A stretch of 32,000 nucleotides of DNA, taken from Candidatus Electrothrix sp. GW3-4 (GTDB lineage: Bacteria; Desulfobacterota; Desulfobulbia; Desulfobulbales; Desulfobulbaceae). A program made the translations under genes and the position numbers. Shown piece by piece: positions 25,842-32,000 of the stretch. The number at the start of each line of letters is the position of its first letter. Position 1 is the first letter of the stretch. The notes beneath the pieces were generated by a model. It saw only the letters and a list, made by a program, of their open reading frames with translations, was not told the origin of the DNA and ran no database searches. The stretch is taken from assembly GCF_037902255.1 (NCBI RefSeq), contig NZ_CP147990.1:4260001-4292000 (forward strand), written 5' to 3'.

Positions 25842-27230
25842 ATGGCTGATTACCAGCTCATTATTATCGGCGGCGGCCTTTCCGGCTTGGCCGCCGGTAT
25901 CCGTTCAGTCCGTTTCGGGCAGAAAACCTTGATTGTTGAGCAGCATAGCCTTCCTGGTGGTTTAAATTCCTATTACTACCGTCAGGGGTTTCTGTTAGAG
26001 ACCGGTCTCCATGCGATGACCAACTTTGCTGCGCAGGGGAACAAGCATGCGCCCTTAAACAGGCTCTTCCGGCAACTGAAACTTCCCCGCAAAAAGTTTA
26101 TCACCCATGAGCAACTCGGCTCCGAGGTGATTTTTCCCCAGGCATCGCTCCAATTTTCCAACGACGTTGAGCTCCTCTGTGAGGAAATAGCTCGCTCTTT
26201 TCCGGCGAGCATTGACCGATTTCGGGCAATGGCCCGGGAGCTTGCTGCTTATGATCCCTTTGCCGATCGGCCTTGGCAATCGGCCCGCGCATTTCTCCAT
26301 GAGCGTCTTGCTGACCCCCTGCTGGAGGATATGCTCCTGCTTCCGCTTATGGTGTACGGTAATGCGGAAGAGCGTGACATGGACTTGGGACAGTTTGCCA
26401 TCATGTTTCGGGCTGTCTTTCTGGAGGGATTTTTTCGTCCTCAAGGAACGATTAAGGACCTCATCGATATGCTGCTGGAGCAATATGCGCAGTTTGGAGG
26501 AGAGATCCGTTTCCGCGCCCCGGTTGCAGCTATTCTCCGCAAGGACGATAGGGTGCAAGGCATTCGCTTGCAGAATGGGGAAGAGATCACTGCCGATGCG
26601 GTCCTGTCCACGGTGGGGATCCCAGGGACCGCGAAATTGAGTGGCTGGCCCTTGGAGATTGACCGCTATATTGGTCAAATGACCTTTATGGAGTCTATCT
26701 CCATGGTACCGTACCTGCATCTGCCACCAGAGCGAGCAGGGCGCACCATCCTGTTTTACAGCCTCAATGAAAAGCTCCGCTATCATCGGCCTGCTGAGCC
26801 CATTGATCCTTCCTGGGGGGTGATCTGTTTCCCGGATAATTTTCAGGGGCTTGCTAATAAGAACGCTGCACCGACCCAGGTTCGGGTGACCAATGCGGCC
26901 AATTATCAGCTTTGGCGGCAGGCAGCGGCTGACAGGGAGAAGTACCGGCAGGTCAAAGAAGAATGCGGGCGCCAGTCAGCAGCAGCGGTGAGCCAGATCC
27001 TTGGCGAGTATAATCAGGGCGCAGTCTTCCTGGACAGCTTCACGCCCATGACCATTGAGCGCTTTACGGAAAAACGGGGCGGAGCGGTGTACGGTAGTCC
27101 GATCAAGATCAAGAGCGGCAGAACCCCGTGGGAGAATCTCTTTATCGCTGGCACGGATCAGGGCTATCTGGGAATTGTTGGCTCCATGCTCAGTGGCGTG
27201 ACGATTGTCAATCAGCATCTTTTGACCTAA
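25842..27230 (+). CDS. FAD-dependent oxidoreductase, phytoene desaturase (CrtI)-like family
   Basis: 462 aa. It has an N-terminal Rossmann motif IIIGGGLSGLAAG...VEQHSLPGGLNSYY and a C-terminal FIAGTDQGYLGIVGSMLSG. Confidence 0.8.
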   Translation: MADYQLIIIGGGLSGLAAGIRSVRFGQKTLIVEQHSLPGGLNSYYYRQGFLLETGLHAMTNFAAQGNKHAPLNRLFRQLKLPRKKFITHEQLGSEVIFPQASLQFSNDVELLCEEIARSFPASIDRFRAMARELAAYDPFADRPWQSARAFLHERLADPLLEDMLLLPLMVYGNAEERDMDLGQFAIMFRAVFLEGFFRPQGTIKDLIDMLLEQYAQFGGEIRFRAPVAAILRKDDRVQGIRLQNGEEITADAVLSTVGIPGTAKLSGWPLEIDRYIGQMTFMESISMVPYLHLPPERAGRTILFYSLNEKLRYHRPAEPIDPSWGVICFPDNFQGLANKNAAPTQVRVTNAANYQLWRQAAADREKYRQVKEECGRQSAAAVSQILGEYNQGAVFLDSFTPMTIERFTEKRGGAVYGSPIKIKSGRTPWENLFIAGTDQGYLGIVGSMLSGVTIVNQHLLT

Positions 27231-27250
27231 CCTCTTACAGCGAATGGGAT

Positions 27251-27883
27251 ATGCCTTGCAAAGGAAAATTAACCTCTTGGGATGATGAAAAGGGATTCGG
27301 TTTTATTACGCCTGAAGGTGGTGGAAAACGGATTTTTGTCCATATTAATTCCTTTACACATCGCAGCCAACGCCCTAAGGTCAATCAGCTGCTGAGTTAT
27401 AAATTATCATCGGATAAGCAAGGGCGCCCTTGTGCAGTCCAAGTCGCCTCATCGCATAGACGACGTAAGTTAAAGAAAGGTACCTGCTCCTATGCAATCG
27501 CTTTCTTCTTTCTTGCAATTGTCACCGGTTCATTTTTTGCCGGGAAAATACCGTTTCTGATTATTGGCTTGTATTTTATTATCAGTTTGTTGACCTTTCT
27601 CGTTTATGCGAAAGATAAAGCAGCAGCAAAGAAAGGGGTCTGGCGGACACCGGAATCTACACTCCATTTGTTTTCGCTCTTCGGAGGCTGGCCGGGTGCG
27701 CTTGTTGCGCAACAAAGATTACGGCATAAGTCGAAAAAAAAATCTTTCCGTTTTGTGTTCTGGCTGACTGTACTCTTGAATTGCGCTGGATTTGGGTGGC
27801 TGTTCACATCGACCGGAGCGGCTCAACTTAACCTGCTAATAGGCAAGGGGCGTAATTTTACTCTGCTGAAAGATATTCTGTAG
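27251..27883 (+). CDS. Cold-shock-domain protein fused to a DUF1294 membrane domain
   Basis: Starts at the ATG at 27251 (MPCKGKLTSWDDEKGFGFITPEGGGKRIFVHINSF = CSD). TM helices follow, then WRTPESTLHLFSLFGGWPGALVAQQRLRHKSKK (a DUF1294-type motif). Confidence 0.8.
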   Translation: MPCKGKLTSWDDEKGFGFITPEGGGKRIFVHINSFTHRSQRPKVNQLLSYKLSSDKQGRPCAVQVASSHRRRKLKKGTCSYAIAFFFLAIVTGSFFAGKIPFLIIGLYFIISLLTFLVYAKDKAAAKKGVWRTPESTLHLFSLFGGWPGALVAQQRLRHKSKKKSFRFVFWLTVLLNCAGFGWLFTSTGAAQLNLLIGKGRNFTLLKDIL

Positions 27884-27930
27884 CGTATTGATGTTTATTT
27901 CTCCTTTACCCTAAACCTGCCTCTAACGCC

Positions 27931-28545
27931 ATGAAAGGAAATTCTATATTGAGGGAGGTCTTTGACGCCCTGCCTTCTATGGTCTTTGTTGTTGATCAGG
28001 ATGTGCGGATTCAGGAGTATAATGCCGCTGCCACGAGCGTCATGATAACAGCTGAACGAGAGGCTATTCTCCAACGGCGGGCTGGTGAGATACTCAACTG
28101 TATCCATTCAAGAGAATCGCCCGATGGCTGTGGAAGGTCATCCGTTTGTTCCGGCTGCATTGTCAGAAATGCAGTGACCAAGGCCCTGCAAGGAGGAGCG
28201 CGGGTCATTCGGCATCGGACAAGAATGCAAATCGTCCAGAATGAGCAGATTGTTCAGATCTACGTCCTTGTCACGGCTTCCCCGTTCTCCTTTCGTGGCA
28301 ATCAGCATGTGCTGTTGGTGATTGAAGATATCACTGAAATCGCCGAGCTCTATCGGATGATTTTTATCTGCCCGGTTTGCGGCAAGATGCAGAGCGAGGA
28401 AAAGACCTGGATGCGGGTCGAATCCTATTTCAAAAACAACTGGAACGTTGAGTGCTCACATGGTTATTGTCCTGACTGCTTTCAGCATGAGATGGAAAAA
28501 ATACGATCCAACCCCAAAAAAGAGCAAGACCCGTCCCGATCATAA
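27931..28545 (+). CDS. PAS-like sensor domain protein with a 4-Cys insert and a C-terminal zinc-ribbon-like motif
   Basis: 204 aa. It has a PAS-type opening LPSMVFVVDQDVRIQEYNAAA and close LLVIEDITE. The Cys cluster is C57/C67/C73/C76 (nt 28099-28158). The C-terminal motif is CPVC...CSHGYCPDC (nt 28369-28479). Confidence 0.65.
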   Translation: MKGNSILREVFDALPSMVFVVDQDVRIQEYNAAATSVMITAEREAILQRRAGEILNCIHSRESPDGCGRSSVCSGCIVRNAVTKALQGGARVIRHRTRMQIVQNEQIVQIYVLVTASPFSFRGNQHVLLVIEDITEIAELYRMIFICPVCGKMQSEEKTWMRVESYFKNNWNVECSHGYCPDCFQHEMEKIRSNPKKEQDPSRS

Positions 28546-28620
28546 AATAACAACACGATCCCCAAAGAGAAATCCGAGTTCCTGAAACCAGCCAAGGTAA
28601 CCAGGAAAGAGTATACTGTT

Positions 28621-30027
28621 ATGTCCTTTACGCCCCTTGACACGATTAAAAAAAACTACGACGTTATTGTTATTGGCTCCGGTCTCGGTGGCCTGACCTG
28701 TGCCAAACGTCTTGCCAAGTCTGGCCATACCGTCCTTCTGCTGGAGCACCATCTCCAATTAGGTGGGTTGGCGACCTGGTTCAAGCGGGGAGGGCATATC
28801 TTTGACGTCTCTCTGCATGGCTTCCCGCACGGGATGGTCAAGACCTGCAAGAAATACTGGTCCAGGGAAATCAAAGACTCTATTGTCCAACTGAAAAACA
28901 TCGTCTTTGATAACCCTCAGTTCTCCCTGACCACCACCTTTTCCAAGGATGATTTTACCCGCATCCTGCATGAGGATTTTAAGGTTGATCGGAGTACTGT
29001 GGATGATTTTTTCACCACAGTCAGGGCGATGAATTTTTATGATGATCAGGGCATGACCACCCGGGAGCTCTTTGAGCAGTTCTTTCCTGGCCGGTCCGAT
29101 GTCCATCGTCTCCTTATGGAGCCCATCACCTATGCCAACGGCTCTACGCTGGACGAACCAGCTATCACCTACGGGATTGTTTTTTCCAATTTCATGAGCA
29201 AAGGTGTGTTCACCTTTGAGGGCGGTACGGATAAACTCATTGGTATGATGGCGGATGATCTGCAAAAGAACGGGGTGACCCTCTGTACCGGGGCCAAGGT
29301 CGAACGAATCCTGGTTGATAACGGGAAGACCAGGGGCGTCCTTGTTGGAGGCAGGGAGATTACGGCCAAGGCTGTGGTCTCCAATTCAGGCATCACCAAT
29401 ACCATTGATAACCTAGCTGGTCGGGAGGCCTTTAGTGATGATTTCCTCTCCCGTTTCAATACGGTGGTGGTGAACAACTCTTCCTGCCAGGTCTATTTCG
29501 GTATCCGCAAGGGGGAGTCCTTCTCTGATGTAGGGGATCTGCTCTTCACCTCAACCGCCGAGGAGTTCTCCTCAGAAGAGATGCGGCGTATGGACACCAA
29601 GAGTCGTACCTTCTCGGTCTACTACCCCAAGACCCGGCCTGAGAAGCCGGATTACACGGTGGTAGCCTCTATGAACGGCAATTACGATGATTGGGCAGGC
29701 CTGGATGATGTGGCCTATAAAGCGGCCAAGGAGGCCATGGTAGAGCGTTGTTTGGTCGATCTGGAGCGATACATCCCTGGCATTCGTGACAAGGTGGATA
29801 CCATTTCTTCCGCCACACCCAAGACCTTTAATCGCTACACCCTCCATACCAAGGGCACCTCCTTTGGCACCAAGTTCGAGGGGCTGGATATCTCCCGCTC
29901 TATCTTTAAAGAGGTAGGGGGCCTGTTTCACGTCGGCTCCGTGGGGATTATCATGAGCGGCTGGCTGGGGGCGATCAACTATGGGGTGATTGTGGCCAAT
30001 GATGTGGATGCCTATGTGCGGGGATGA
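28621..30027 (+). CDS. Second FAD-dependent oxidoreductase, phytoene desaturase (CrtI)-like family
   Basis: 468 aa. It has a Rossmann motif VIVIGSGLGGLTCA...LEHHLQLGGLATWF and a C-terminal GLFHVGSVGIIMSGWLGA. Confidence 0.8.
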   Translation: MSFTPLDTIKKNYDVIVIGSGLGGLTCAKRLAKSGHTVLLLEHHLQLGGLATWFKRGGHIFDVSLHGFPHGMVKTCKKYWSREIKDSIVQLKNIVFDNPQFSLTTTFSKDDFTRILHEDFKVDRSTVDDFFTTVRAMNFYDDQGMTTRELFEQFFPGRSDVHRLLMEPITYANGSTLDEPAITYGIVFSNFMSKGVFTFEGGTDKLIGMMADDLQKNGVTLCTGAKVERILVDNGKTRGVLVGGREITAKAVVSNSGITNTIDNLAGREAFSDDFLSRFNTVVVNNSSCQVYFGIRKGESFSDVGDLLFTSTAEEFSSEEMRRMDTKSRTFSVYYPKTRPEKPDYTVVASMNGNYDDWAGLDDVAYKAAKEAMVERCLVDLERYIPGIRDKVDTISSATPKTFNRYTLHTKGTSFGTKFEGLDISRSIFKEVGGLFHVGSVGIIMSGWLGAINYGVIVANDVDAYVRG

Positions 30028-30284
30028 TCCTTTCCTGAGAGGCAAAGGTCAATCAGAGGGCCTTAATTGAGGGCAGCGCTTCATGTCGCAGATTATGACA
30101 GCTCATACCGTAGCAACGGGATGGGCTGTTTTTGTTTGAACACGCTGATCAGCAAAAGAACGTTTTGAGTTCTTCGTAATAACCGCCCATCCCTCCCCTT
30201 CTGGGAAGGGACAACAAAGCATGAAAGGTGATCGGACGACTCCAAGGAGTTGTCGGTATTTTTATATAAACCGGGAGAGTAGGG

Positions 30285-30869
30285 ATGAAGAAAATGATCT
30301 TGATAATGGTAATAATCTTATTACCGGTACAGGGATATGCACTTGAGTTTGATCTGTGGAGAACAGGTGAAACAAAGGAGAAGGTTGTCGCTAAGGCGAA
30401 AAAAAACAAGATAGAGCTTAATACACACAAGGTGTCCAGAAGTGACGGTGATGTTATCGCAAATGAGATCCACTATAGCGATGTTCTTTTTCAGGAAGAG
30501 GCACAGGTGAGTTTAGTCTTCACCCAAAAAACGAATATGCTCTATGGGATAATCATAGATTGGAGAGATATTGCAATAACAGCAAGGGGGGAAGCGCTGT
30601 ATGAAAGGATAGCGAACACACTTGGAGAAAAATATATACAAGATGAAGAGGTTGCAGGGAAGGGGATGATACGGAATAACAAAGAAATTTTTAAAGACTG
30701 CACCACAACCATAACCAAATACAAGGGTGGGATCAGCTCGACTCTTTTTCGCTGCAATGAGAAACGCTTTATGAGCGTGAGGTACATAGATAGTAAACTT
30801 GAACAGCAAAACGCCTTTGAAGGAAAAAAGACGGTAAGAAAGCGGGATAGTGATAGTGGTAAATTTTAA
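30285..30869 (+). CDS. Secreted hypothetical protein
   Basis: 194 aa with an N-terminal signal peptide MKKMILIMVIILLPVQGYA and a GGGAG-type RBS region upstream. No family is recognised. Confidence 0.55.
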   Translation: MKKMILIMVIILLPVQGYALEFDLWRTGETKEKVVAKAKKNKIELNTHKVSRSDGDVIANEIHYSDVLFQEEAQVSLVFTQKTNMLYGIIIDWRDIAITARGEALYERIANTLGEKYIQDEEVAGKGMIRNNKEIFKDCTTTITKYKGGISSTLFRCNEKRFMSVRYIDSKLEQQNAFEGKKTVRKRDSDSGKF

Positions 30870-30995
30870 GGAAAAGTTGATGCTGGAGACTTTTTTATAT
30901 CCCGTTATCCCAGGAAATTGATCGTGAGAAGCTGAACTTCTTTCTCACGTAATTTTTCGATGTGGGCAATCAATGATAAAAAAGGAGACAGAAAA

Positions 30996-31169
30996 ATGAA
31001 GGAAAGAACAGCTGATTTTTTGCGGATAATCCTGTCCCTGATAATTCCTCCCGTGGGGGTATTTTTTCAGGAAGGCTTTGGGATGCATTTCTGGATCAAT
31101 ATTATTCTGACCTTGTTGGGCTATATTCCAGGGGTACTCCATGCGGTTTGGATTATTTTGAAAAAATAA
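30996..31169 (+). CDS. Pmp3/YqaE-family small membrane proteolipid
   Basis: 57 aa from the ATG at 30996 (RBS AAGGAG). It has two TM helices and the family pattern LRIILSLIIPPVGVF...INIILTLLGYIPGVLHAVWII. Confidence 0.8.
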   Translation: MKERTADFLRIILSLIIPPVGVFFQEGFGMHFWINIILTLLGYIPGVLHAVWIILKK

Positions 31170-31321
31170 AGCAGGACGACGTATTGAAAAGGAAAAAGAG
31201 CGACGACCGTGAGATGAGGAGACACGGTCGCCGCAGAGGAAGCTTGGGAGACGGAGATGATCTATCTGATCAGCACCCGTTTGTTCTATATAATCAAGGA
31301 AGAGCGTTGCATTTAATCGAC

Positions 31322-31558
31322 CTAATTTTCAAGGCGGCCCTGCTCTCTAATGGTCGAATACAGACAACATTTTTTCCAATCAACTGTATAACTCATCCCA
31401 TAGATAATCTCGACAACGCTACAGCCGCATTCCCCGATATTTGAGCAGACCTCAGGCTCTCTGCCGACAGCGTGGGTGTTTTTCTTGAGCTGTACCTGTA
31501 CATGCTTTTGGGTCAGAGGGCAGTCATACGCTTTACTGGTTGTATGTCGGGCTTGCAT
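31322..31558 (-). CDS. Cys-rich small hypothetical protein
   Basis: 78 aa with a good RBS (AAAGGAG 6 nt upstream of the ATG at 31558). No family is recognised. It competes with the overlapping plus-strand ORF 31148..31444, which lacks an RBS. Confidence 0.4.
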   Translation of the reverse strand: MQARHTTSKAYDCPLTQKHVQVQLKKNTHAVGREPEVCSNIGECGCSVVEIIYGMSYTVDWKKCCLYSTIREQGRLEN

Positions 31559-31751
31559 GAAAAACTCCTTTCGGTCGATTGATACTGCTCTATGCTATCG
31601 TACTTTTGGGCTGCAACTGAAACAATTGATTATGTCTTTAATAAAACACGTTGATCCAGCCCTTGCAATAAGGCGAACGCCTCATTTTGGTCGGGTAAAT
31701 TGCCCGAGTCCTTTGGGCAGCTTTTTGAAGAGCTTAAAATATAGCGGAGTT

Positions 31752-32000
31752 TTAGGCCCTATCAGGTCTGTCAGGAGTATGATACCAGAGGAGTTTCAGG
31801 CCCAGCAAGATGAATAGGGCGGGGATAAGCCATATGAGATAAAAAGATGCAGGTTCAATAAGATCTTGCCTTGTGCCCGCAGCGGCATACTTATCAGCAA
31901 ATCGTATTCTCGTGTTATCTGCCTGGGTGCTGAATGCCTGGACAAAGGCCGCTGCCTGCTTCTCTGTTGCTCCGTGCTGTATGTATGTTGTATACAGAAA
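31752..32000 (-). CDS. C-terminal fragment of a hypothetical membrane-anchored protein; the start lies outside the window
   Basis: Not in the track because it is edge-truncated. My own translation from the window end is open for 82 codons to the TAA at 31754-31752: ...FVQAFSTQADNTRIRFADKYAAAGTRQDLIEPASFYLIWLIPALFILLGLKLLWYHTPDRPDRA, with one C-terminal TM helix. Confidence 0.35.
   Translation of the reverse strand, partial: FLYTTYIQHGATEKQAAAFVQAFSTQADNTRIRFADKYAAAGTRQDLIEPASFYLIWLIPALFILLGLKLLWYHTPDRPDRA

Noticed and set aside
26055-26786. 243-aa minus-strand ORF inside the first CrtI-like gene
   Set aside because: It is antisense to a gene with a clear FAD Rossmann motif and has no motifs of its own.
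31148-31444. 98-aa plus-strand ORF overlapping the end of the Pmp3 gene and the 31322..31558 minus-strand ORF
   Set aside because: It starts inside the Pmp3-family gene, has no RBS, and its Arg/Asp-rich N-terminus looks non-genic. The minus-strand ORF has a proper RBS, though it too is low-confidence.
1-32000. Search for CRISPR arrays, tRNA/rRNA genes, a reverse transcriptase/retron and an integrase
   Set aside because: By eye I found no regularly spaced short direct repeats, no tRNA T-arm/acceptor signatures, and no RT (YxDD) or tyrosine/serine recombinase motifs in any long ORF. A formal scan with tRNAscan-SE, Infernal or minced is still advisable.

Overview
The window looks like chromosomal DNA from a sulfate-reducing Desulfobulbales-type deltaproteobacterium. 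This is an inference from the dsrA-dsrB-dsrD operon, a sigma54 enhancer-binding protein and the general gene content. The core genes are a stand-alone EF-G, a RecA/KaiC-like ATPase, a eukaryote-type hisA, dsrABD, an isochorismatase-family hydrolase and alaS. A ketosynthase/ACP/CrtI-like oxidoreductase cluster is translationally coupled to alaS. Two visibly AT-rich accessory patches interrupt this core. (1) 1-3230 holds an edge-truncated IS5-family transposase, an orphan protein with a caspase/CHAT-like His-Cys dyad, and a vapBC cassette with its own consensus promoter. The cassette is bracketed by a 100-bp direct repeat (98/100 identical) that duplicates the last 33 codons of a neighbouring FtsX-like permease gene, and that gene is itself broken by two frameshifts. 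(2) 7879-12950 holds an AAA-ATPase-like/PD-(D/E)XK gene and a tight four-gene minus-strand operon in which all start and stop codons overlap. The operon ends in a Rad50/SMC-like ABC ATPase with a Cys-rich hook in its coiled coil. The ATPase is preceded by a small helical protein, a helical protein with an N-terminal GDVAGRDI peptide, and a small single-pass membrane protein carrying the same GDVAGG(D/N)I motif twice. The gene order (effector - middle component - ABC ATPase) matches the Lamassu / ABC-3C class of conflict systems, but no known enzymatic effector domain is recognisable. This operon is my best candidate for an undescribed system variant. I saw no tRNA, rRNA or CRISPR array. All function calls come from reading motifs by eye, and no database search was run.
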